DNA of 64,000 bases from a bacterium (GCA_965202625.1 CBDBBI010000010.1:2240001-2304000), one strand, 5' to 3'; shown: positions 12,792-21,696, counted from the stretch's first letter. The notes: generated by a model from the sequence alone, not told the origin. Program-made: numbers and translations.

Positions 12792-13487
12792 ATGTGTGAA
12801 AAACAAGGTCTGACCGGGTACTTGAAGCCCACGGAATTTATTGATTCGGGCAATCCGGACGTCGTTTCGAAGGCGCAAGAACTCACAGAAGGCTGCGCGA
12901 ACGATAAGGAGAAACTCGGCAAAATCTATTATTTCGTTCGCGATTTTCCCTACGACATTCTGGACTCGTTCCGCTACCTTGCTGAGGGGAAGCGGCGAGC
13001 GAGCGACGTACTGAACAACGGCAAGGCGTTTTGCATGGGCAAGGCCAGCATGTTCGCCGCCCTTTGCCGGGCCTCGGGCATTCCTTCTCGCATCGGCTTT
13101 CAGCAACTTCATTGCCCAGACAAGCCTTTCATGAATGAGGAAGTCGCCAAAATTTGGGGAGATCGCAAACTGCCGTGGCACTCGCTGGGGGAGGCGTATC
13201 TCAACGGCAAGTGGCTCAAGCTGGATGCTACCATCGACAAGACGTTCGCCGCGCGAAAAGGACGGGAATATTCCCGGGAATTCGACGGTGAGAACGATAT
13301 TCCCTCTGTGGAGGGGCCCCTCATTAAAGACCTCCCCAGCCACATGGACTACCCGAAAGACGTGGCCCATTGGTATGAGCAGGTTGCCAAGGACGTCGTC
13401 GCTTCCGTTGATGAGAACGTCGTTCATAAGGATGTTCTCAGCGACGAGGAATGGTCTGGTCCCGATGCGGGGATTTTGAAGAGATAG
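12792..13487 (+). CDS. Transglutaminase-like (Cys-His-Asp) protein
   Basis: YL.PT.FID, AFCMGKA..FAALCRA.GIP.R and WH...EAYLNGKW..LDAT. Confidence 0.88.
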   Translation: MCEKQGLTGYLKPTEFIDSGNPDVVSKAQELTEGCANDKEKLGKIYYFVRDFPYDILDSFRYLAEGKRRASDVLNNGKAFCMGKASMFAALCRASGIPSRIGFQQLHCPDKPFMNEEVAKIWGDRKLPWHSLGEAYLNGKWLKLDATIDKTFAARKGREYSREFDGENDIPSVEGPLIKDLPSHMDYPKDVAHWYEQVAKDVVASVDENVVHKDVLSDEEWSGPDAGILKR

Positions 13488-13541
13488 GCAGCCCCTCGGG
13501 CCACTTTGGTGGATAAAGTCGTTCTATAAAAGGAGCTTTGG

Positions 13542-15050
13542 ATGTCGCGTGACCTCGTGAGGGTGGCCGAGTTTCCGCTCACCCAGGAAATGGAGCAGCA
13601 GTATATCGACGGGAATTGGCTCAGGGGAGAGCGTGGCGAGCCGGTGGACGTGGTGAATCCATCGAATAACGAAACGATTTTTCAGTTGTTTCCGGCGTCG
13701 GATGCGCAAGTTGACCAAGCCGTTGACTCCTCCTGGCGGGCGTTTCGTGATGCGGTCTGGAGGCGTATGCCCGCTTTGGAGCGCGGGAAACTTATCAACA
13801 ACCTTGCTGTGCTGATGCGGGAGCACGCAGAAACTCTCGCTAGATTAGAATCCATCAACACAGGCATTCCCATTCGAGAGAGTCGCTTGGAATCCGCTTC
13901 CTCCGCGCGCCATTTTGAGTATTTCGCGGGATGGTCCGGAAAAGTCTCGGGCAGTGCCCAGCCCCTCATGAACGATCGGATTATGTATTCGGTGAGAGAG
14001 CCTTTGGGGGTGGTGGCCATCGTCGTTCCGTGGAATACTCCGCTGAAGCTCATGTCCCGTGGGCTGGCCGCTGCTTTGGCCTGCGGTAATACGGTGGTCA
14101 TCAAACCCTCCGCCGTCGCCCTCGCCTCGGTGCTGTATTTTGGAAAGCTGGTTGAAGAGGCGGGGTTTCCACCGGGGGTGATCAACATCGTGGTGGGTTC
14201 GGGACGATCGACGGGCGCGAAGCTCGTGGGTCATCCGGACGTCAGAAAAATCGTCTTCACCGGTGGCACCGAGGGCGGCCTCGAAGTTCTTGGGCTCGCC
14301 GCCTCGAACGTGACTCCCGTGTTGGCGGAGCTGGGCGGCAAGGGTCCCATCATCGTTTGTGAGGACGCCGACCTTGACGAGGCCGCAGATGGCGTGATGA
14401 GTCAAGCCTTCGCGCGCCAGGGCGAGGTTTGTTTCGCTGGGACCCGCCTCTTTCTACCAAGTTCCATTTGCACAGAGTTCCTCGATAAAATTATCGCTCG
14501 CGTCAGTGAGATACGCGTCGGCGACGCCATGGATGAGGAAACCAACATGGGGCCTCTCATTTCCCGTGACCACCTTGCTGACGTCGTTGGTTACGTCGAA
14601 TCCGCACTGGCGGAAGGGGCGTGCGTCGCTTGTGGAGGCGGCCGTGCAGTACTTGCGGGGCAGTCAGACGGGAATTTTATGCAGCCCACGGTTCTCACCG
14701 GTGTGGACCAGGGCATGCGGGTGGCGCGTGAGGAGATTTTTGGGCCCGTTCTCACGGTTCACGAGTTCCATTCTCTCGATGATGCGGTGCGAGACGCCAA
14801 CGCCACGGAATTTGGGTTGGCGAGTTACATCTGGACGAGCGACCTACGACGGGCGCATCAACTGGCTGCCGATTTGGATTGCGGGAACGTGTTCGTCAAC
14901 ACCTACCGCTATGGTTCTGAGATTCCTTTTGGCGGCGTGCGAAAGAGTGGCATTGGCAGAGAGCATGGGGAAGAGGCATTGCGAGAATATACCCATGTCA
15001 AGAGCGTCTGTATCGGGCTCTCAAAATGGCATTCTTGGAATCGTGATTGA
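13542..15050 (+). CDS. NAD(P)-dependent aldehyde dehydrogenase
   Basis: PWN, FTGGT, ELGGKGP, catalytic Cys in GEVCFAG, EEIFGPV and PFGG.K.SG.GRE. Confidence 0.95.
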   Translation: MSRDLVRVAEFPLTQEMEQQYIDGNWLRGERGEPVDVVNPSNNETIFQLFPASDAQVDQAVDSSWRAFRDAVWRRMPALERGKLINNLAVLMREHAETLARLESINTGIPIRESRLESASSARHFEYFAGWSGKVSGSAQPLMNDRIMYSVREPLGVVAIVVPWNTPLKLMSRGLAAALACGNTVVIKPSAVALASVLYFGKLVEEAGFPPGVINIVVGSGRSTGAKLVGHPDVRKIVFTGGTEGGLEVLGLAASNVTPVLAELGGKGPIIVCEDADLDEAADGVMSQAFARQGEVCFAGTRLFLPSSICTEFLDKIIARVSEIRVGDAMDEETNMGPLISRDHLADVVGYVESALAEGACVACGGGRAVLAGQSDGNFMQPTVLTGVDQGMRVAREEIFGPVLTVHEFHSLDDAVRDANATEFGLASYIWTSDLRRAHQLAADLDCGNVFVNTYRYGSEIPFGGVRKSGIGREHGEEALREYTHVKSVCIGLSKWHSWNRD

Positions 15051-15082
15051 CATGAAGACGTGAATTTCAAGGAGGATTTACA

Positions 15083-16045
15083 ATGCAGAACAAAGGTTGG
15101 CTGACTTGTGCGCTCACTTTCCTCGCCCTTGGCGTGTGCGCTGCACCCGCCTCGGCGGCATATCCGACGAAGGCGGTGGAGATGACCATCACTTTCAAGG
15201 CGGGTGGAGCGGCGGACATCTCTGGCCGCACCGTGGCGAAGGCGGCTGAAAAAGTGCTCGGGCAGCCGATAGTCGCCGTGAATCGCCCAGGTGCCGGAGG
15301 GACGATCGGCTTTGCGTATGTCAAGACCGCGCCGCCTAGCGGCTACAAGATTGGCTGGCTTTCGGCCTCGATTTTAACCGGCACGAACATGGGGCGCCTC
15401 CCCTACGATTATGACGCGTGGGATTACGTTTCCCGGGTCGTGTTCGAGGCGACCGCCATCGTCGTTCGGAGCGACTCCCCCTACAAAACGCTTCCTGATC
15501 TCGTGGAGGCGGCCAAGTCGAAAACCCTGAAAATTGGAAGCGCCGGTTCTGGCAGCTTTACGAGGCTGACTGCCTCGGCGCTGGCGAAAAAGGCGGGCTT
15601 CAAGTTTCGCCACATCCCCTTGGGAAAACGCCGCGTGCCCAGCCTCCTTGGTGGAGAGGTCGAAGCGATTTCGGTACATCCGCCTGAGGTCTTGGCCCTT
15701 CATAAGGCGGGCAAAGTTCGAATGCTGGCCGTTTCCTTCCCGAAGCGGCATCCTGCTTATCCGAACGTTCCACTGTTCAGCGAGCATGGGTGGGACGTTG
15801 GTTTTTATCAGTTCAGGGGTCTACACGTTCCCAAGGGAACGCCCGCCGAAGCGGTGCAAAAGCTCCACAAGGCCTTCGAGACGGCTTCTCGGGATCCAAA
15901 GGTTCTGGCCACCGCCGAGAAAAGAGGTTTTCTGGTTTCTTATATGGGGCCAAATGAATTCCCGGGCTTCGTGGCTGAGCAAAACGCACTGATAAGAGAC
16001 ATTGTGGTTTCTCTGGGATTGGACAAGAGAAAAAAGAAAAAATAA
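15083..16045 (+). CDS. tctC: TTT substrate-binding protein TctC
   Basis: Signal peptide, YPTK, AGG.AD and NRPGAGG motifs. Confidence 0.93.
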   Translation: MQNKGWLTCALTFLALGVCAAPASAAYPTKAVEMTITFKAGGAADISGRTVAKAAEKVLGQPIVAVNRPGAGGTIGFAYVKTAPPSGYKIGWLSASILTGTNMGRLPYDYDAWDYVSRVVFEATAIVVRSDSPYKTLPDLVEAAKSKTLKIGSAGSGSFTRLTASALAKKAGFKFRHIPLGKRRVPSLLGGEVEAISVHPPEVLALHKAGKVRMLAVSFPKRHPAYPNVPLFSEHGWDVGFYQFRGLHVPKGTPAEAVQKLHKAFETASRDPKVLATAEKRGFLVSYMGPNEFPGFVAEQNALIRDIVVSLGLDKRKKKK

Positions 16046-16096
16046 ACTTCATCGCATCTTTGCTGAGAGCAAGAGGCCATAGGGGATCCGGCGTTC

Positions 16097-16585
16097 ATGA
16101 TGGAAAATGACGGGGAAATCCGGCGATTGCGCGTTGGGCGCACCATCGTTCCGGCTCTTCAGATGGTTTTTTGTGTTGGGTATGGTTTCCTCATTCTTGA
16201 GTTGCCCCAGGAGCACGGAGAGGAATATCCTTCGGGGCCTTCTTTTATGCCTTGGTTGTGGGTGTTGTTGCTCATCACTCTCACTTTGCTCGAAATCGGC
16301 GCGACCTGCTTTGATGTGCGCGAGAAGAGGGCGCGTGTCTCCATCGCGCGCAAGAGCGTTCTCGACGCCCTGCTCCTCGTCTTGTTGTTGACGGGATTCG
16401 CGCTCTCTATTCAGCGAATTGGTTTCTTCTCCGCCGCCGCGGCGTTTCTCACCATCTCCACCTGGTGGAGTGGAGTCCGCGCCTGGGGAATCCTTCTCCC
16501 CTATGCCATCATCTTCGCCGCGTTAGTGAACTATATTTTTCACCATGTTCTTCAAGTTCCCTTGCCCCAGGAAGGGCTCTTCTGA
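16097..16585 (+). CDS. tctB: TTT small membrane subunit TctB
   Basis: Hydrophobic, GPSFMP and L.VPLP.G motifs; position between tctC and tctA. Confidence 0.85.
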   Translation: MMENDGEIRRLRVGRTIVPALQMVFCVGYGFLILELPQEHGEEYPSGPSFMPWLWVLLLITLTLLEIGATCFDVREKRARVSIARKSVLDALLLVLLLTGFALSIQRIGFFSAAAAFLTISTWWSGVRAWGILLPYAIIFAALVNYIFHHVLQVPLPQEGLF

Positions 16586-16587
16586 AG

Positions 16588-18078
16588 ATGAACCTCCTTG
16601 TGGATGGCCTCGTCCATGCACTTGCGTTGAAGCCTTTTTTGTTCGCCGTCTTGGGGAGTTTTTTGGGAATCATATTCGCGGCTATTCCTGGCCTCACGGT
16701 GAGCATGGGAATCATTCTCCTACTGCCTTTTACCTTTCACATGGCCGGCGCGACAGCAATGAGCCTTCTCGTAGGTGTTTTCGTCGGCGGAATGACGGGG
16801 GGGAGTATCTCGTCCATCTTGCTCAACATTCCGGGCAATCCCGCCGCTATCGTCACGAGTCTGGACGGATACCCGCTCGCCCAGAGCGGGAAGGCGGGAA
16901 TCGCGCTGGGGGTCGCTTTCTTCTCCAGTTTTTGGGGCGGGTTGTTCAGTCTCGTCTGCTTAGCGACCATCGCGCCTCAGTTGGCGGATTTTGCCCTGAA
17001 CTTCGGCGCGCCGGAGCTGGCGGCGCTGGTCTTACTGGGGCTTTGCCTCATTTGTGGGTTCGCCCAGACATCAATGAGCAAAGCGCTTATCTCGGGCACC
17101 TTGGGTTTGGTCTTCTCCACCGTCGGCATGGACCCGATTGACTCGATACCGCGTTTCACGTTTTCCGTCGTCCAGATTCAGCAAGGCGTCTCTTTTCTAC
17201 CAGTGATGATCGGACTTTTCGCGGTGCCTGAAATCATATCGGGCATGCGCGGCTCCGCCGTTTCTTTGCCGTGTTTCTCCACGCGCCTGCGGGATTTGTT
17301 GCCCGCGCCGGGAATCTTCCTTGGACTTTGGAGGACGCTCGCGCAATCCTCTCTCATCGGAACGGCCATAGGACTTTTGCCCGGAACGGGAAGTGCCGTC
17401 GCCGCCGTGTTGAGTTACAACACGGCCCAGCGCCGCTCCGCGGAGCCGGAATCGTTCGGCACGGGAAAACTGGAAGGCGTGTCCGCGCCCGAGGCCGCCA
17501 ACAGCGCCATGACGGGCGGCGCGATGATCCCGATGCTCACGCTGGGAATTCCTGGTGATCCTGTCACTGCCGTGATGCTCGGCGCACTCACGATCCAGGG
17601 TCTCGCCCCAGGTCCTCTCTTGTTTGAGACTCACAGCGGCTTTGTATTTTCCATATTCGGGTCTTTTTTCATCGCCTTGTTTTTGACCATCATCATTGCG
17701 TTGCTGGGCATCCGTTTGTTCGTCCAGGTGTTGCGCGTGCCCCCGGGACTCCTTTTTCCAAGCATCGCTGTGTTTTGCGTCGTCGGGGCGTTTGCGCTTC
17801 AGAACAGCTTTTTCGATGTGTTTTTGATGATTGGGTTCGGACTGCTCGGCTTTTTTATGCAAAAATTTGATTATCCCATCATGCCTTTGTTGCTGGCGAT
17901 CATCTTGGGTCCCGTTTTTGAGAAAAACGCCAGAGTGTCGCTTATCCTCTCGGATGGCGACCCCACCATTTTCGTCCGCAAGCCGATCAGTTTGGTGTTT
18001 CTGATCGTGTCTTTGCTCTACCTCATCAGCGTTTTTCTAAAACGAACCTCCTTTTTGCGGAAGCGAGAGCCCGCCTGA
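16588..18078 (+). CDS. tctA: TTT large membrane subunit TctA (start refined to ATG 16588)
   Basis: AIPGL, NIPGNP...DGYP, APEAANSA and TLGIPGD motifs. Confidence 0.95.
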   Translation: MNLLVDGLVHALALKPFLFAVLGSFLGIIFAAIPGLTVSMGIILLLPFTFHMAGATAMSLLVGVFVGGMTGGSISSILLNIPGNPAAIVTSLDGYPLAQSGKAGIALGVAFFSSFWGGLFSLVCLATIAPQLADFALNFGAPELAALVLLGLCLICGFAQTSMSKALISGTLGLVFSTVGMDPIDSIPRFTFSVVQIQQGVSFLPVMIGLFAVPEIISGMRGSAVSLPCFSTRLRDLLPAPGIFLGLWRTLAQSSLIGTAIGLLPGTGSAVAAVLSYNTAQRRSAEPESFGTGKLEGVSAPEAANSAMTGGAMIPMLTLGIPGDPVTAVMLGALTIQGLAPGPLLFETHSGFVFSIFGSFFIALFLTIIIALLGIRLFVQVLRVPPGLLFPSIAVFCVVGAFALQNSFFDVFLMIGFGLLGFFMQKFDYPIMPLLLAIILGPVFEKNARVSLILSDGDPTIFVRKPISLVFLIVSLLYLISVFLKRTSFLRKREPA

Positions 18079-18325
18079 TCCACCGGCCTTTTTCCAGGGT
18101 GTTTCAAGGGCGTTTATCGGGGGTATTTTCAGCGTTGCAAAGGCTGGTGAATCGGGGGGGATTTCGGGAGCGTTTATGGAGGGCGTTTTCGGCCTGTCGA
18201 TGCGCCTTTGAAGCAAGGGGTTTTCCGGGGTGCTGCGGGCGCGGGGCGCTCAAGTGGAGGAGCGGCGGTATCCGCCAGTTCGCGCTTCGTGAATTGCGGG
18301 GTTTTCAGGGTCGAGGCGGGGGTGC

Positions 18326-18845
18326 TCAGGCGTCCTCGTCTTCCTCTTCCTCGTCATCGGGTTCAAGGACGTGGGGAAACTTCGCGTAGAATTCCTCATC
18401 GCTCAGTCCCATGACCTCGTCATAGACTTGGCGCGCCTCGGTTCCGGGCCTGAGCGCGGCACTGGTGAGGGCTTGGTCCTGCATCTTCTTGGCGAGGTTC
18501 GAGATGCCGTGGGTCATGTTTGCCGTGGCCGCAATCACGGCCTTGTCCCACTGCGCCTCCGTGAACATCAGCAGTTTGACGTATTCGCGCGCCTCCGCGT
18601 GCACCTCTTCTTTTTCCGCATCGCTCATGCCGGCGTATTTGCAGCCGGGCCGCCTCCAGGGCTTTTTTCTGGCTCTCGGCGTCCTCCTTCAGGAATTTTG
18701 AGCCAGTCGCTCAATGTCGGCGACGAGTTCCTCTTCCGTTTCATGCCCTCGCCCAGACGTGCGACCCTGTCTCGTCTCCGTCCCGATACTGACGGCTATT
18801 CGTGCGCCGGCTTGGCGATGTAGGTTCCATGATCTCCACCGCCAT
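18326..18845 (-). CDS. Acidic hypothetical protein downstream of MuF, candidate immunity protein; intact ORF 18628-18326, 5' part apparently frameshifted
   Basis: AAGGAG RBS and TGATG coupling at 18847-18843. Plausible coding fragments (ETEEELVADIERLAQ, FLKEDAESQKKALEAARL) in shifting frames lead into MSDAEKEEVHAEARE...PDDEEEEDEDA. Confidence 0.55.
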
Positions 18846-21404
18846 CAGTCGATCTCCTTCATGTAGATTTTTAATTGCGCCGTCTTTCGGGCTTAATCCT
18901 TTCACCTCAAACCTCGTCCCGGAGGTGAAGAGGACCTCGCGCTCTCCGGGGAAAGCGGAAGCCCCGTTGATGCGCTTGCCGTGTCTGGATTGTACCACAA
19001 ATTCATGGGGTCCCCCAAACGCCGCCTCTCCGCTGTGGGAGGTGCTGAAAAAGCCCCGCTCCTCAAAAATTCCCCCCTTCTCGATTCCGTCAAGAACGTC
19101 ATCGGGCAGCGTCGTCCCGCGCTTCACCTCTCCGGCGTAGTCGGGCAGCTTGGCGAGGGCGTCCTTGAGGGTTTTTTCATAGTCGCGCACCGCGGCGATC
19201 TTCTTCTGGTCGCGGGAGCGCAGGGCGTCGTTCAGGGGCCCGTAGCCCCACTTCGAGTCGCTGGTTGTGTAGGCGTAGCGGGCCGCCATCTCTATATCGC
19301 TCAGGCCGTGGCGCTGCCCGTCCGGCATCCTGCCCCTGGCGGCGGAGAGAAAAGAGCGGAACTTCCGCCCCATCTGCTTTTTGAAGTTGCGGTGGGGCGC
19401 GGGGACGTTTTTGAGCGCTTCCATCGCCTTGCGGACTCTGGGTGCGATCTCGTTCTCCAGCAGGCGCGCGCGCCTTCGCAGGAGGTCGAGTATCGCGTCC
19501 CTGTCCGCTTTCGGGACGCCCTTCACGGCCGGAACGAGGTCGGCGAAGTCGTTCGTGCGCTCCCCGAGTTTTTTGATGTCCTCCATCTGGCGCAGGGCGC
19601 GGCGGCCGAGTTCGTCCGCGTCGATGAGGTCCGCCTTCTCGAATATCCGCACGTATGCGGGGTTGATGGAAGGGTTGCTGAAGCCGTCCCACTCGGCGAT
19701 TTTATGGAGGCGGTCCAACGGCTTGCGCCCCGCGCGTGCGCGGAACAGGAGGGAGCCGCCCTGGTCGATGCGGACGACCTTCTTTCCCGCTATGACGACG
19801 TTGTCGAGTTTGAGGCCCACCGCGTCCCAGTTGGCGAGCCAGACGTCGGCGGCAAAGCCATCCAGCACCTTGTTCGCGTGCGCTTTCGTCAACCTGTTCT
19901 TGCCGAGGGTTCCGGTGTTCTCGACGATCTCGCTGGCGATGGAGAGTTTCTTGCCCTCGCGGACGAGGGCGGAGGTCGGCGCCTCAAGCCCCAGCTCCCG
20001 ATAGATGCGGTTCGCCGCCGCCTCGGAGTAGGCCTGGGCGGGGTCGTCGTATTGCTTGACGTAGCGCTCCACCCCGTCCGCGCCCCGATAGAGTCCCCCC
20101 GGATTGCTGCCCTTCGGCCCCGAGATGCGCCGCTCCAGTGCGACTGCGGCGTCGAGTTCCGGTATGGCGCCCTTGCGCACCAGTTTGCCGTCGACGATCT
20201 CGGCCAGTTCCCGCTCCGCCGCCTCGAGCTCGTCCGCCGCCGCGCGTCTGAGCGACGTGAGATGAGTCGTGCGCCCATCCTCGGACGCCCGCACCGAGGC
20301 GCGCCAGAGCTTTTTGTCCTCCTCAAGGAAGGCGATCAGCGCCCTGTCGCTGTCGGCCGCCTGAAAGGCCCGGCCCTCATTCAGCATCCGCTGGACGCGG
20401 GCGTAGTCCTTCGCGCCCAGGTCCGGATGCCGCTTGCTTTGCTTCGCCGCCGTCTCCGCGCTCAGGCGCACAGCGCGGGATTTTATGCCCATCGTCCTGG
20501 CGATGTCGTCTCCGAGCGCTGCCACGGGCCAGTCGCCCGCGCTCTTGCCCGCAAGGTGCAAGCCAAACGCACGCCCCCCTTCGCCCTCAATGAAGTCCTG
20601 AGCGACGGCGGGCGCAAGGTCGGGCGCCGCGTCCATCCTGGAGATCGCGCGCTCCAGGGGGTCTTTCACCACGCCGGCAGGGGCACCACCCGCCTGTGCG
20701 CCCACGTTGTGATCCCAGCCGGAGTCGATTCCTTCCGGAACGCGGACGACCTCTCCCGTCCGGGAGTTCACGCGCGCCGACTTGCGGCGGCTGGGGCGCC
20801 GCTCGCTCGGTGCGAAGCCGAACTCCTCAAGGTCCGCATCCGAGAGCTGCATCACCGTGCACCGGCAGCCCCACCCGTTGGGCGGATAGTGCGTGCGCCA
20901 GAAGGGATCGTTCACAGGCAGGACGACGCCGTGCCAGGAGGCGTGCGCCGGTCGGGTCGAGGCGTCAAGAACCGCCGAGTAGCGCAGCCAGGGCGCGTTT
21001 TGCTTCTCCGCCTGTATGCGCCGCCACCGCCCGGCGGCGTAGGAGGTCCGCAGGTTCGTCTCGTAGATGACCCGCAACCGATGCGACGAGCCCAGCTGGA
21101 CGACGCGCGTCTTCCCCGTCAGCGGGTCTTTCATCTCCGCACGACCCCACCACCCGCGCTTGCGAAGCAACGGCTCCAGCGCATCCTGAAAATCCGCGAG
21201 AGAGCTCCCCTCGATTATCGCCCGATCCACCTCCGCCCGAACGTCGCCGAGAACGTCCATGCGCATCGCCTTCGCCACGCTGAACGCCCGCGCGTGCTCC
21301 GCAGCCTCCACGTCGCGCCAGTCAAATCCCACCGCGTAGCCCTTCGCGCGAAAAAAATCCACCGCCTCCCCAGGCGGAACGTCTAAAATCTCAGGCGCAG
21401 GCAT
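18741..21404 (-). CDS. MuF (Mu gpF/SPP1 gp7-like head morphogenesis) polymorphic toxin with PBECR-like region, HipA/PI3K-like kinase and ADP-ribosyltransferase
   Basis: MuF motifs AF.VAK, GWWG, RL..IY.TN..T.Y.AGR, TRP.H and YPPNGWGCRC. Kinase motifs GPKGSNPG, YVK, SEAAA, NWD..G...DN and IDQG. ART motifs YT...GY..LN.ALR, KRG, FFSTS and EREVLF..GTRFEV. Confidence 0.88.
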   Translation of the reverse strand: MPAPEILDVPPGEAVDFFRAKGYAVGFDWRDVEAAEHARAFSVAKAMRMDVLGDVRAEVDRAIIEGSSLADFQDALEPLLRKRGWWGRAEMKDPLTGKTRVVQLGSSHRLRVIYETNLRTSYAAGRWRRIQAEKQNAPWLRYSAVLDASTRPAHASWHGVVLPVNDPFWRTHYPPNGWGCRCTVMQLSDADLEEFGFAPSERRPSRRKSARVNSRTGEVVRVPEGIDSGWDHNVGAQAGGAPAGVVKDPLERAISRMDAAPDLAPAVAQDFIEGEGGRAFGLHLAGKSAGDWPVAALGDDIARTMGIKSRAVRLSAETAAKQSKRHPDLGAKDYARVQRMLNEGRAFQAADSDRALIAFLEEDKKLWRASVRASEDGRTTHLTSLRRAAADELEAAERELAEIVDGKLVRKGAIPELDAAVALERRISGPKGSNPGGLYRGADGVERYVKQYDDPAQAYSEAAANRIYRELGLEAPTSALVREGKKLSIASEIVENTGTLGKNRLTKAHANKVLDGFAADVWLANWDAVGLKLDNVVIAGKKVVRIDQGGSLLFRARAGRKPLDRLHKIAEWDGFSNPSINPAYVRIFEKADLIDADELGRRALRQMEDIKKLGERTNDFADLVPAVKGVPKADRDAILDLLRRRARLLENEIAPRVRKAMEALKNVPAPHRNFKKQMGRKFRSFLSAARGRMPDGQRHGLSDIEMAARYAYTTSDSKWGYGPLNDALRSRDQKKIAAVRDYEKTLKDALAKLPDYAGEVKRGTTLPDDVLDGIEKGGIFEERGFFSTSHSGEAAFGGPHEFVVQSRHGKRINGASAFPGEREVLFTSGTRFEVKGLSPKDGAIKNLHEGDRLMAVEIMEPTSPSRRTNSRQYRDGDETGSHVWARA

Positions 21405-21422
21405 CGCCGCACTCGCCCTAAT

Positions 21423-21520
21423 CTACCCACCCGCCTCGTTCTCCGAATCCATGAGTCCCGCACGTCCGGAAAGAGCCGCGGAGAACGACAGCCGCGTCAG
21501 ACGATCTACCACTTCCGCGA
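21423..21520 (-). pseudogene. 3' stub of a Mu gp29/DUF935-like portal gene
   Basis: Reads EVVDRLTRLSFSAALSGRAGLMDSENEAGG* just upstream of muF, resembling the L..L.R..F.A.L.GR C-terminus of Mu-type portals; there is no start codon. Confidence 0.5.
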
Positions 21521-21612
21521 GGAAGCAGGAAATATATCGAATTTTTCCTGAAAATCTCTCTTTTTTATTGTGAAAAACGGAAAATAAGTATATCTTTTTT
21601 TGTGTAATATAG

Positions 21613-21641
21613 ATTATATGAGTATTAAACGCTCATATAAT
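21613..21641. promoter_or_regulatory. HAIR-like (HspR-type) inverted-repeat operator upstream of hsp20
   Basis: ATTATATGAG-TATTAAACG-CTCATATAAT; the core TGAGT-N7-GCTCA resembles HAIR (CTTGAGT-N7-ACTCAAG). Confidence 0.6.
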
Positions 21642-21696
21642 TGGGCCGGGGGGTGCGGGGTTCCCCTAAATTCACTTTCATCATAAGGAGCGGAAA

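Larger units (their letters stand above)
18085..21520 (-). mobile_element. Mu-like prophage remnant (portal 3' stub, MuF toxin, downstream gene)
   Basis: MuF gene preceded by a short portal-like C-terminal stub; no other phage genes in the flanks (tctA on the left, hsp20 on the right). Confidence 0.75.

Noticed and set aside
18981-21386. 801-aa plus-strand ORF
   Set aside because: Antisense shadow of the GC-rich muF gene, with no motifs of its own.
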